A stretch of 48,234 bases of DNA from NCBI GenBank assembly GCA_003486705.1, contig DNGE01000115.1:3012-51245 (forward strand), given 5' to 3'. The stretch comes from Bacillota bacterium. GTDB taxonomy: Bacteria; Bacillota_I; Bacilli_A; MOL361; Turicibacteraceae. Below the pieces are notes generated by a model. It saw only the letters and a program-made list of their open reading frames with translations. It was not told where the DNA came from and did not search any database. Position 1 is the first letter of the stretch. Every line of letters begins with the position of its first letter. Position numbers and translations under genes: made by a program. Below, piece by piece: positions 39,368-48,234 of this stretch.

Positions 39368-39478
39368 TTTGGTTTTCCTCCTTGAATCTGTTTATGATTT
39401 TGTATGTCGTGACACTTACCATAAAGATAAGTATGAATTGGTGCAATAGATTTGGAACTTAGATTGCGGAAGAGATGA

Positions 39479-39697
39479 TTAACATCCGCAATTTCCACCA
39501 AAGTTACCGAGTCCGTTACAACCTGTAAATCCACCGCCACCCCATCCACATCCGCAGATGATGATGAAGATAAAAAGAACGAGAACGATTGCGCAAGCAG
39601 CACCGCCACAGCCACCTCCATAACCACCACAAGGTACTGGTGTGTATACAGGATAGCAAGGTTGTACGCAACCATAGTTTGCTCCAGGATAGTACAT
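39479..39697 (-). CDS. YjcZ/SscA-family Cys/Gly/Tyr-rich small protein
   Basis: AIVLVLFIFIIICGCG TM motif; AGGAGG SD; upstream ACC-N16-CATATGATA. Confidence 0.85.
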   Translation of the reverse strand: MYYPGANYGCVQPCYPVYTPVPCGGYGGGCGGAACAIVLVLFIFIIICGCGWGGGGFTGCNGLGNFGGNCGC

Positions 39698-39957
39698 GAT
39701 TTATTCCTCCTTTTTCTTCCGACTCGCTATATCATATGTTATTGGGCACGAAAAGGTTTTTCTTTTTCGTTAAAAACTTTTTAGTGAGGTGTTATCTAGC
39801 CAAAATGAAGTTGTCGAGTATGTCTTTCTTTTCCTATAGTTAGGATAGAGAAAAAATTAAGGCAATGAAATAGATATTGAATGCATGAAAAGAAGACAAA
39901 AGAAAACGATGAGTTCAATGTGTTTCATATTAAAAATGAAGAGCGAAATAGTTTATT

Positions 39958-39982
39958 AAAAAGACTCCCGATTTGGGAGTCT
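39958..39982 (-). terminator. Terminator downstream of the 40015-40164 gene
   Basis: Minus strand agactccc-aaatc-gggagtct plus TTTT. Confidence 0.75.
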
Positions 39983-40014
39983 ATCACAATTCCATTCCAA
40001 CTATTTGTAATAAA

Positions 40015-40164
40015 TTAGCATCCGCAACCTTGATTGAATCCGCAACCTGCAATAACTAATAAGATAAATAATACAAGAATAATTGCAAGTCCACAGCTAT
40101 TTCCACCACATACAGGTGCATAAGCTTGTTGGTAGCCTCCACAGTAACCGCCATATTGATACAT
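40015..40164 (-). CDS. YjcZ/SscA-family small protein (49 aa, not in ORF track)
   Basis: AAGGAG SD; MYQYGGYCGGYQQAYAPVCGGNSCGLAIILVLFILLVIAGCGFNQGCGC*; upstream AC-N16-CATAAGATA. Confidence 0.87.
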   Translation of the reverse strand: MYQYGGYCGGYQQAYAPVCGGNSCGLAIILVLFILLVIAGCGFNQGCGC

Positions 40165-40258
40165 CCTTCATTCCTCCTTTTGTTTAAGACCTATAATATC
40201 TTATGCATGCTTATCGTTTTGGTTAATATTATTTTAATACGTCATGCGTTGCTCGCAA

Positions 40259-40456
40259 TTAACAGCCACTTCCGTTAAATGCTCCGCATCCAATGATAGC
40301 GAGTAAAATAAATAACACTAAGATTAGACCAATTCCGTATCCATTTGATCCACAAGCTGGATATGGATAAGCGGCTGGTGCTGTTTGGCAACCATAACCA
40401 TAGCCGCCACAGTAACCTCCGTAATTATATTGACAACCATTTCCGTAATTGTACAT
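40259..40456 (-). CDS. YjcZ/SscA-family Cys/Gly/Tyr-rich small protein
   Basis: GIGLILVLFILLAIIGCG motif; AGGAGG SD. Confidence 0.87.
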   Translation of the reverse strand: MYNYGNGCQYNYGGYCGGYGYGCQTAPAAYPYPACGSNGYGIGLILVLFILLAIIGCGAFNGSGC

Positions 40457-40641
40457 TATAATTTCCCTCCTTTATTCCTAAGGTCAATGTATTATACGCA
40501 ATCTATAAAATTTGGTACCTGTCAAAAACCTATATTTGGAACTTAAATAAATCCTATTACTTCATTTTTAATTCTGTGAAATCATGGTAAAATAGACAAG
40601 ATATCTTAATTTTATAACTGTTGAGAATGAGGTGAGAGATA

Positions 40642-41823
40642 ATGATTAAAAAAATGTTGAAAGACGCAGGACAGAGCATTAAATACATAGATAAAATCAT
40701 GTTGACAGCCATTTTAATCTTAATCGGGATTGGGCTTTTAATGATTTATAGTATTACGAGTATTTCCATGTACAATGGAGTAGAAGATTCGGTGTACTTT
40801 GTTAGAAAAACAGTTATTGCTGTTTTAATGGGCGGATTTGCGATGATGTTTTTTTCACTTATATCGTTTAAGCTGTTAAAACTGTTTGGATACGTGGCGC
40901 TACTTGTATGTCCACCTATTTTAATGGTGACATTACTGATTGGAGAGGGACCCGCTGGTTCACCAGTTCGCAGTTGGATTGATTTTGGATTTCTTTCAAT
41001 TCAACCAGCGGAGTTTGTAAAAGGGGGAATGATTTTAGCTCTAGCGTTTGCGATGACGAAGAGTATGTCACTCAAGCTATACGATGTTAAAAAGTGGCGG
41101 GACTTTAAGAATGCGCGACATTTTGCATTTAGTTTTATGGGGATTTTATTATACGTGTTATTAAATCTCATTTTAATTGTTTTACAACCGGATATGGGGA
41201 CAACGATTATTATTTTTGGAATTGCAGCAATTATGTTTTTAAGTAGCGGGGTAAGTATTCAATCCATTGGAAAGTTGAGTTTTATAGCTGTGTTAATAGC
41301 GATTCCTCTTTATCCTTTAGTCGTAAAGGGATATATGGAAGAACGTTTTGATATTTGGTTCGATCCATTTAATCATGCAAAAGGATTACAAAATGTAATG
41401 GGATATACAGCCATTGCACTAGGTGGATTATTTGGCGTGGGAATTGGAAATAGTACACAAAAATATGGTTATGTTATTGAGCCTCACAATGACTTTATTG
41501 TAACGATTTTAGCAGAAGAACTTGGAGTTATCACAGTCTTACTTGTCATGGCCATTTATTTCTTTATTGCAATGCGTTGTTTTTTAACCGCTGTTAAATG
41601 TGATGATAAGTTTGGTTCATTAATTTGTATTGGGGTAGGGGCACTGTTTTTAGTTCAACCCGTCATTAATTTAGGGGGAGCGAGTGGCTTTATTCCATTA
41701 ACCGGTGTAACACTTCCATTTATTAGTTATGGTGGGTCAAGTATGATGAGTACATTACTTGTGATGGGATTATATTTTAACGTAAGACTATATACAGAAC
41801 GTAAACTTCGCGAAAAAAACTAG
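40642..41823 (+). CDS. ftsW: SEDS family protein (FtsW/RodA/SpoVE)
   Basis: RSWI...IQPAEFVK, QPDMGT, EPHNDFI...EELG, GVTLPFISYGGSS. Position resembles Bacillus ftsW (ylaO). Confidence 0.75.
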   Translation: MIKKMLKDAGQSIKYIDKIMLTAILILIGIGLLMIYSITSISMYNGVEDSVYFVRKTVIAVLMGGFAMMFFSLISFKLLKLFGYVALLVCPPILMVTLLIGEGPAGSPVRSWIDFGFLSIQPAEFVKGGMILALAFAMTKSMSLKLYDVKKWRDFKNARHFAFSFMGILLYVLLNLILIVLQPDMGTTIIIFGIAAIMFLSSGVSIQSIGKLSFIAVLIAIPLYPLVVKGYMEERFDIWFDPFNHAKGLQNVMGYTAIALGGLFGVGIGNSTQKYGYVIEPHNDFIVTILAEELGVITVLLVMAIYFFIAMRCFLTAVKCDDKFGSLICIGVGALFLVQPVINLGGASGFIPLTGVTLPFISYGGSSMMSTLLVMGLYFNVRLYTERKLREKN

Positions 41824-41844
41824 GTCAAGCGACCTAGTTTTTTT
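41813..41844 (+). terminator. ftsW terminator
   Basis: aaaaaactaggtc-aagc-gacctagtttttt. Confidence 0.8.
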
Positions 41845-42078
41845 AATACCAAAATATATTGCATTGTATCAATATCAATCAGAATAAAGAGATGTTACGT
41901 AACTGACCATTTTTAAAAAATAAAATGAGCAGATAGTCGATCATTGCATAAACTATGTTATAAAGCATTATTTTTAGTCGATTTCTAACTGAAGTTTGAC
42001 AAAAAGTAAGAATAATTTGTCACACTTTTGTAGGTTTTTGACTATAATATAGTGACTAATTGTAGTGAGGTGAGAGAA

Positions 42079-42549
42079 ATGGACAAACAATTAGAAGAGT
42101 TTAAACTATTTGTACGCGATTATCCGGGTTTAAGAGAAGAAGTTCGAAGTGGACGAGCAACATGGCAATCCCTTTTTGAAGAATGGTATTTGTACGGTCC
42201 AGAAGATGGTCAATGGGCTAAATACAAAGATGTAAAAACAAGCACCTCAAGCAGTTCGAACAATTCCAATAATTCAAATACGAGTACCACGACAAATGAA
42301 ACCACTTCATCTTCAAGCAGCACATCAGCGGCTAGTAATTTGTCAGGATCAGAGATGGTAGGTCAAGTTTTTCAATACATTCAAAAAATGGATATGAACA
42401 AAGTACAACAAACAATGGGGACTGTACAGCAATTCGTTAAGATCTTTCAAACGATGCAAGGGGGGAAAGGTGCTGGCGCAGGAAGTGCAATTAATGCAGC
42501 CACACAACGACAACCTTATCCAGGATTATTTTCAAAATTTGATGATTAG
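42079..42549 (+). CDS. ylbD: Spore coat protein YlbD
   Basis: FKLFVRDYPGL...TWQSLFEEWYLYG.ED..W; ends FSKFDD; Ser/Thr/Asn-rich linker. Confidence 0.85.
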   Translation: MDKQLEEFKLFVRDYPGLREEVRSGRATWQSLFEEWYLYGPEDGQWAKYKDVKTSTSSSSNNSNNSNTSTTTNETTSSSSSTSAASNLSGSEMVGQVFQYIQKMDMNKVQQTMGTVQQFVKIFQTMQGGKGAGAGSAINAATQRQPYPGLFSKFDD

Positions 42550-42559
42550 GTGATCAAAA

Positions 42560-42781
42560 ATGATGGAAACAATGTATAAGATTGTGAATAATAATGAGCA
42601 TCGAGATTACATTCGCATGTATCCTTTTTGGTATAAAGAATTAAACCGAAATCCAGAGCGATACGATGATTTTGTAAAAGAAATTGAAGATTTGAAAAAA
42701 GCTGCCAAACCAAGTCGCTTACAACAATTTGATCAACAGTTATCGTTTGCACAGCTCATGTTAAAAATGTTTGCTAAATAA
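42560..42781 (+). CDS. ylbE: YlbE-like protein
   Basis: YIRMYPFWYKELNRNP motif; ylbD-ylbE-ylbF synteny. Confidence 0.85.
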   Translation: MMETMYKIVNNNEHRDYIRMYPFWYKELNRNPERYDDFVKEIEDLKKAAKPSRLQQFDQQLSFAQLMLKMFAK

Positions 42782-42818
42782 TTAGTCATCGTCTTTATGG
42801 TATGTTATAATAAAGACG

Positions 42819-43238
42819 GTGATTAATGTGCTTGAAAATAGTAAATATATGGAAATATCAGAGCGTGTAGTAGATGAAATTATTTCATTGCCAGTCTGCC
42901 AAAAATATAAAGCATTACAACATGAAATCAAACAAGATGAAGCTTTACAACAACTCATTGCTAAATTTGAAAAAGCCAAATTAGCTTATGAAGATGTGCA
43001 ACGTTATGGATATAAGTTTCATCCTGATTATAAACAAGTTTCACAACAACTCAGTGATATCAAATCAGAATTATTCATGAATGAGCTCATTAGAGAATTC
43101 AAGATCTGTGAAAGAGAGATTCAAGCGATTTTGAGTAACGTGGCCAACGTTTTATCAGGGGCAATCGATCTGAAAAGTATAAAAAAACCCGCAAATAGTG
43201 GATGTGGCAGTGGTGGATGTTCACATAAGGGATTGTAG
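42819..43238 (+). CDS. ylbF: YlbF (RicF) family regulator
   Basis: YEDVQRYG..HPDY and C-terminal SGCGSGGC motif. Confidence 0.85.
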   Translation: MINVLENSKYMEISERVVDEIISLPVCQKYKALQHEIKQDEALQQLIAKFEKAKLAYEDVQRYGYKFHPDYKQVSQQLSDIKSELFMNELIREFKICEREIQAILSNVANVLSGAIDLKSIKKPANSGCGSGGCSHKGL

Positions 43239-43250
43239 GAGGATAAGGGA

Positions 43251-43478
43251 TTGAATCAAAATCGCGTTCAACTGATTGTTTATTTAAAAAAATTTAATGT
43301 TTCTAATAAAGTAGCACAATACGGTCATGTGATTTATAGTTCACGAAAAATGAATTATACGTGCTTATACATTAATGAAAGTGATAAAGACCAAGTCGTA
43401 AGTAAGTTAAAATCACTTCATGGTGTTCAAAAAGTTGAAGTTTCACCGTATGCTTTATCCGGAATTGTAGAAAAATAA
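43251..43478 (+). CDS. ylbG: YlbG (DUF2129) family protein
   Basis: R..LIVYL...YGHVIYSSRKMNYTCLY...VEVS. Confidence 0.85.
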   Translation: MNQNRVQLIVYLKKFNVSNKVAQYGHVIYSSRKMNYTCLYINESDKDQVVSKLKSLHGVQKVEVSPYALSGIVEK

Positions 43479-43499
43479 AAAGGTGTTAAGTAAAAATGC

Positions 43500-43528
43500 T
43501 TGACACTTTTTTTATTACTTGCTATAAT
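43500..43528 (+). promoter_or_regulatory. sigmaA promoter of rpsP-khpA
   Basis: TTGACA (43500-43505), 17 bp, TATAAT (43523-43528) with TG extension. Confidence 0.85.
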
Positions 43529-43595
43529 GTGAATTGTCGTGTTAAGGAAAAATACTTAACAGCTAAAATTACAAACAACATTGGAGGAATATATA

Positions 43596-43865
43596 ATGGT
43601 AAAATTACGTTTAACTCGTATGGGTTCTAAGAAAAAACCTTTCTACCGTATCGTAGCAGCAAATTCAACTAGTCCACGTGACGGACGTTTCATCGAAGTA
43701 ATCGGAACTTACAATCCAGTTGCTCAACCAGCTATCGTTTCAATCGACGAAGAAAAAGCTATGAAATGGTTAAACAATGGAGCACAACCAACTGATACAG
43801 TTCGTGCTTTATTCTCAGCAGAAGGAATTATGACTAAATTCCACGATGCTAAATACTCTAAATAA
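43596..43865 (+). CDS. rpsP: 30S ribosomal protein S16
   Basis: [20 protein letters not shown]...PRDGRFIE...GAQPTDTV. Confidence 0.98.
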   Translation: MVKLRLTRMGSKKKPFYRIVAANSTSPRDGRFIEVIGTYNPVAQPAIVSIDEEKAMKWLNNGAQPTDTVRALFSAEGIMTKFHDAKYSK

Positions 43866-43881
43866 TAAGGTGGAGTAATCG

Positions 43882-44124
43882 ATGAGCTATATTTCATTAA
43901 TTGAAAACTTAATTAGTCCGCTCATCCATCATCAAGAAGATTTACGCGTCAAAGAATTTCCAAGCGAAGATGATCAAATCTTAATTCAAGTCATGGTTAA
44001 CCAAGAAGATTTAGGAAAGATTATTGGGAAGCAAGGAAAGACGATTAATGCAATTCGCACGATCGTTTATGCAGCGGGATCAAAAGAAAGCAAAAAAATT
44101 CGAATCAATGTAGATTCTTATTAA
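43882..44124 (+). CDS. khpA: KH-domain RNA-binding protein KhpA (YlqC)
   Basis: DLGKIIGKQGKTINAIRT GxxG loop; follows rpsP. Confidence 0.92.
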   Translation: MSYISLIENLISPLIHHQEDLRVKEFPSEDDQILIQVMVNQEDLGKIIGKQGKTINAIRTIVYAAGSKESKKIRINVDSY

Positions 44125-44130
44125 TTGTTG

Positions 44131-44155
44131 GACGACCCTTCGGGGTCGTTTTTTT
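44131..44155 (+). terminator. rpsP-khpA terminator
   Basis: gacgaccc-ttcg-gggtcgtt plus T-tract. Confidence 0.88.
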
Positions 44156-44262
44156 AATACCCAGTGATAAAATCTAGCAATGTCTTTCTAAAGTGAAAAG
44201 CAAGTCATTGGGTTAGTAAAGAAAATATCATCGTTAAGTATAGATAAGTTGATTCAAATAAT

Positions 44263-44307
44263 AAAAAGGTATCTGCTAAAAACTAAGGTTTTAGGCAGAT
44301 ACCTTTT
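44263..44307 (-). terminator. galR terminator
   Basis: aaaaaggtatctgc...gcagataccttttt inverted repeat. Confidence 0.75.
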
Positions 44308-45311
44308 TAAATACTACTATCGCGTTTAATTAATTGCGTGGGGATGATAACTTTTTTAGCAATCTGACGATGAGTTGTGATGCGCTCTACTAATAGCTCA
44401 ATCGCTGCTTCACCCATTTGTTTCGTGTTCATCTCGATGGTCGAAAGAGATGGAATGGTGAATTGGGATAAAGAAATATTGCCGTAGCTAATAATGGAAA
44501 CAACATCGGGTACTTTAATTTGATGTTCATTTAAGGCTTTTAAACAACCGATAGCCATCGCGTCTGAGGCGATGATATAAGCTTGACATAAGGAATGGTG
44601 TTTAATAATATTCGTCATGATGTCATAGCCGGAATCAGCACTAAATTGTCCGAGGTAAATGTCATTTGGATCAAATAGTTTGAGACGTTGCATTTGTTTT
44701 TTATAAGTTAAAAGTCGCCGATCTAATAATTCTTGTCCGTCTAACGTTTGTTCAATCCCGCAAATAAATCCAATTTGATGTATGGATTTGGTATTTAAGT
44801 GCGAAATCATTTGTTTGGTCGCTTGCTTTAAGTCTGCTACCACGACATCAACCTCATATAAATCAGACCAACAATCGACCACAACGAGATGTGCGTATTG
44901 ATGATGCAGTTTCTGTAGTTCTGCTTCGCTGAATTTACCTAAAACAATTAATCCATCAACATGTAAGGTCTTGATTTCATCGTTGTAATGAGTCGGTAAA
45001 GAAAATTTTTGTAGAGAAATCTGATGGGTATCGCAATAAGTTTCAATAGCTAAACGAATCGCCATGTAATAAGGATCGATGAGCTCTTGTTCTGTCGAGT
45101 ACCAATACACAAGTCCAAGTTTAAGGTGAGCCTGTTTTTTTATGGCAGAGTGTCGTTTATTAAGTGGTAAGTAATTTAATTCATCAGCAATGGATAATAT
45201 TTTATGACGTGTGTCATCTGAGACGTTGAAGTTTCGATCGTGGTTTAATACACGAGAAACCGTGGTGATTGAAAAACCAGAAGCCGAAGCAATGTCTTTT
45301 ATGGTAGCCAT
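44307..45311 (-). CDS. galR: LacI family regulator of the gal operon
   Basis: MATIKDIA...TTVSRVLN...DPYYMAIRLAIE; divergent from galK. Confidence 0.82.
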   Translation of the reverse strand: MATIKDIASASGFSITTVSRVLNHDRNFNVSDDTRHKILSIADELNYLPLNKRHSAIKKQAHLKLGLVYWYSTEQELIDPYYMAIRLAIETYCDTHQISLQKFSLPTHYNDEIKTLHVDGLIVLGKFSEAELQKLHHQYAHLVVVDCWSDLYEVDVVVADLKQATKQMISHLNTKSIHQIGFICGIEQTLDGQELLDRRLLTYKKQMQRLKLFDPNDIYLGQFSADSGYDIMTNIIKHHSLCQAYIIASDAMAIGCLKALNEHQIKVPDVVSIISYGNISLSQFTIPSLSTIEMNTKQMGEAAIELLVERITTHRQIAKKVIIPTQLIKRDSSI

Positions 45312-45330
45312 AGTTTCCCACCTTTTTATT

Positions 45331-45474
45331 TTTTACTAAATTTTACTTCTTACTCACTATTTTAGCATCAAATAACATAAAATATACGGTAAAAGCAGAA
45401 AAAATAAAATTTTTGAAAGTGTTTTACTTTTAGGGGTTGAAATTTTTAGTAAAAAAATATAAAATTTTAGTAAA
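45331..45474. promoter_or_regulatory. galK promoter with repeated TTTAGTAAA operator-like sites and a cre-like site
   Basis: TTGAAA (45437-45442), 17 bp, TAAAAT (45460-45465). TTTAGTAAA occurs twice on plus (~45445, ~45466) and once inverted (~45332). TGAAAGTGTTTTAC at 45414-45427. Confidence 0.65.
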
Positions 45475-45509
45475 GAGAAAAACATAGTATAAATAGAGGA
45501 GAGAGACAA

Positions 45510-46673
45510 ATGAACATTCAAACATTAAAATTATTATTTACAGAAGTATTTGGAGAAAAAGAAATCCATTCATTCTTTTCACCAGGTCGTGTTAACTTAA
45601 TTGGAGAGCATATTGATTACAACGGTGGATGTGTATTCCCATGTGCGATTACATACGGAACATATGCGATTGTGTCATACCGTGAAGATTCAAAAGTAAG
45701 ATTATACTCAGGGAACTTTGAAGAAGTTGGGATGTTAGAATTTGATTTAACAGATTTAGCACACACAGAAAATGAAAACTTCTCAGCATTCGTTAAAGGG
45801 GTTATCGTTGAGTTCAATAAATTAGGACATAACATTGAAAAAGGATTTGATGCGTACATCTTAGGAACTATTCCAAATGGTTCAGGATTATCATCATCAG
45901 CATCTTTAGAGTTATTAATTTCTCAAATTTTAAAAACGCAACACAACATCGACATTGATATGGTCGAAATGGTTAAATTATCTCAACGTGCTGAGAATCA
46001 ATACGTGGGTGTAAATTGTGGAATCATGGATCAATTCGCTATTGGTATGGGTAAAAAAGACTATGCGATTAAATTAAATACAAATGATTTATCTTATGAA
46101 TATGCAGAAGCTGATTTACAAGATGCAGCCATCTTAATTATGAATACAAATAAAAAACGTGAATTAGCAGATTCAAAATACAATGAGCGTCGCGGTGAAT
46201 GTGACCAAGCCTTAGCATTATTACAAACAAAAGCAAACATGAACTTCTTATGTGATTTAACAGAAGCACAATTTAATGACGTGTCAGATGTTTTAGAAAA
46301 CGAAGTCTTATACAAACGTGCAAAACATGCCGTAACTGAAAATGAGCGCGTGGTAAAAGCGATTGATGCTTTAGCAGCAAAAGATTTAGTGAAGTTTGGT
46401 GAATTATTAAACCAATCTCACATTTCATTACGTGATGATTATGAAGTAACAGGATTAGAATTAGATACAATCGTTGAATTAGCATGGGCGCAAGAGGGAG
46501 TACTTGGGGCGCGTATGACAGGAGCAGGATTCGGTGGATGTGCAATTGCTTTAGTTAAACAAGAAAACTTAGAAGCAGCGCGTGAAGCGATTGCTGCAGG
46601 TTATAAAAAAGCAATCGGGTACGAAGCAGACTTCTATGTAGCAACAATTGGAGACGGAACAAAAACATTATAA
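45510..46673 (+). CDS. galK: Galactokinase
   Basis: PGRVNLIGEHIDYNGG, GSGLSSSAS, CGIMDQ, GARMTGAGFGGC. Confidence 0.97.
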   Translation: MNIQTLKLLFTEVFGEKEIHSFFSPGRVNLIGEHIDYNGGCVFPCAITYGTYAIVSYREDSKVRLYSGNFEEVGMLEFDLTDLAHTENENFSAFVKGVIVEFNKLGHNIEKGFDAYILGTIPNGSGLSSSASLELLISQILKTQHNIDIDMVEMVKLSQRAENQYVGVNCGIMDQFAIGMGKKDYAIKLNTNDLSYEYAEADLQDAAILIMNTNKKRELADSKYNERRGECDQALALLQTKANMNFLCDLTEAQFNDVSDVLENEVLYKRAKHAVTENERVVKAIDALAAKDLVKFGELLNQSHISLRDDYEVTGLELDTIVELAWAQEGVLGARMTGAGFGGCAIALVKQENLEAAREAIAAGYKKAIGYEADFYVATIGDGTKTL

Positions 46674-46698
46674 GAAGCTTAATAACGAGGTGAGCGAA

Positions 46699-48204
46699 AT
46701 GAGTATTCAAAACGAGATTAATGCATTAGTTCAATATGCACTGAAACATAACATGATAACTAAAGATGATACTTTATATGCAGCAAATAAAGTCATTGAT
46801 ATCTTAGGACTTAACGCTTTTGAGATGATGGAAGAAGTAAAAGCATCTGAAAATATTAGTGAAACATTAAATAATATCTTAGACTTCGCAGCCAAGAATA
46901 ACGTGCTTGAATGTGACAGTATTGATCATCGTGATCTATTGGATACAAAGATTATGGATTGCTTTATGCCACGTCCGTCTGAAGTGAACCAAACGTTTGC
47001 AGCGAAATATGCAGTCTCACCAAAAGAGGCAACGGATTATTACTACCAATTAAGTCAAGCATCGAACTATATTCGTATGGATCGCGTGGCGAAAAACTTA
47101 AATTGGAAAACGGTAACCCCTTATGGGAACTTAGATATTACGATTAACTTATCAAAACCTGAAAAAGACCCGAAAGCCATTGCACTAGCGAAAAGCTTAC
47201 CGGCGTCTAATTATCCAAAATGTTTATTATGTAGAGAAAACGTCGGCTTTGCTGGAACATTGAACCACCCAGCACGCCAAAATCACCGCATTATTCCTTT
47301 AACACTTGCAACTGAAAAGTGGAATTTGCAATATTCTCCATATGTGTATTATAATGAACATAGTATCGTGTTTAAGGATGCACATGAGCCAATGACAATT
47401 TCACAATCAACGTTTGAACGTTTACTTGATTTTGTGGCACAATTTAACCATTACTTTATTGGTTCGAATGCAGATTTACCGATTGTAGGTGGATCGATTT
47501 TAACACATGATCATTTCCAAGGGGGATCGTATGAATTCGCCATGGAAACGGCGCCAATCTTAAAAACCTATACGGTTCCAACCTATGAAAATGTGGAAGT
47601 TGGATTTGTGAAGTGGCCACTTTCTGTGCTTCGTTTACGTGGTGAGTCAACATCTGAGTTAGTCACGTTAGGTGGTAAAATCTTAGAGGCATGGCGCAGC
47701 TATTCAGATGAAAGCTTAGGAATTTTTGCCCATACAGACGAAACACCACATAATACGATTACACCGATTGCTCGTTTTAAAGATGGAAAGTATGAGTTAG
47801 ATTTAGTGTTACGTAATAACCGTACATCTGATGTGCATCCAGATGGAATCTATCATCCACATGCGCATTTACATCATTTGAAAAAAGAAAACATTGGTTT
47901 AATTGAGGTTATGGGATTAGCGGTCTTACCAGGTCGTTTAAAAGAAGAGTTAGAAGTCGTGAAACAAGCGTTAATGGCGCGTGATGAAGCGGTGTTAAGT
48001 GAAGCAGCACTTGAAAAACACATCCCATGGTTAAATGAGATGTTAGATCGTTATGAAACAGTGGAACCGACGTTAGCGACTGAGATTGTTGAAACAGAAG
48101 TCGGACAAAAGTTTGTTGAAATTTTAGAATGTTGTGGTGTTTATAAGTTAAATGATGAAGGTTTAGCGGGTGTTGAACGTTTTATTAACTCATTAAAGGC
48201 ATAA
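46699..48204 (+). CDS. galT: Galactose-1-phosphate uridylyltransferase (class II, Gram-positive type)
   Basis: ITINLSKPEKDPK, YPKCLLC.EN, DLPIVGGSILTHDHFQGG, KKENIGLIEVMGLAVLP. SD GAGGTG before ATG 46699. Confidence 0.95.
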   Translation: MSIQNEINALVQYALKHNMITKDDTLYAANKVIDILGLNAFEMMEEVKASENISETLNNILDFAAKNNVLECDSIDHRDLLDTKIMDCFMPRPSEVNQTFAAKYAVSPKEATDYYYQLSQASNYIRMDRVAKNLNWKTVTPYGNLDITINLSKPEKDPKAIALAKSLPASNYPKCLLCRENVGFAGTLNHPARQNHRIIPLTLATEKWNLQYSPYVYYNEHSIVFKDAHEPMTISQSTFERLLDFVAQFNHYFIGSNADLPIVGGSILTHDHFQGGSYEFAMETAPILKTYTVPTYENVEVGFVKWPLSVLRLRGESTSELVTLGGKILEAWRSYSDESLGIFAHTDETPHNTITPIARFKDGKYELDLVLRNNRTSDVHPDGIYHPHAHLHHLKKENIGLIEVMGLAVLPGRLKEELEVVKQALMARDEAVLSEAALEKHIPWLNEMLDRYETVEPTLATEIVETEVGQKFVEILECCGVYKLNDEGLAGVERFINSLKA

Positions 48205-48234
48205 TGAAACATGAAATAGGCCAGAACTAAAGTT

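Noticed and set aside
39346..39675. 109-aa minus-strand ORF
   Set aside because: Alternative frame overlapping two better-supported YjcZ-like genes.
39780..39845. Short plus-strand ORF after GAGGTG in the YjcZ cluster gap
   Set aside because: SD-ATG spacing is too long and the peptide shows no pattern or repetition.

Overview
Low-GC, endospore-forming Firmicute chromosome. Gene content and synteny are most consistent with a Turicibacter-like organism (inference, no database search). The window is almost all core genome in Bacillus-like order: a decayed chorismate mutase/DAHP synthase gene, ccpA, T-box-controlled tyrS, rpsD, GAF/msrC, ezrA, iscS-thiI, adhE, three alpha/beta SASP genes, a TrmH-family methylase, the rimP-nusA-ylxR-ylxQ-infB-rbfA operon, an LTA synthase, uvrC, gerE, a DEDDh exonuclease, gerM-rph-rdgB-ysnB, TPR proteins, pgeF, ktrC, RNase J, Cof, def, four YjcZ/SscA-like small proteins, ftsW, ylbD-G, rpsP-khpA and galR/galK/galT. 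I saw no transposase, prophage, CRISPR array, rRNA or tRNA. The most unusual element is not in the ORF track. Directly downstream of the SASP genes, on the minus strand, lie four regularly spaced minigenes, each with its own Shine-Dalgarno sequence: MLANPPIC*, MNTNPPC*, MSIPQN... and MNPPH*. They are closed by a terminator that pairs fully only on the minus strand. Also notable are a structured non-coding 138-bp tandem repeat at the window start, a probable internal translation start in adhE, and a duplicated palindrome around the rpsP promoter.
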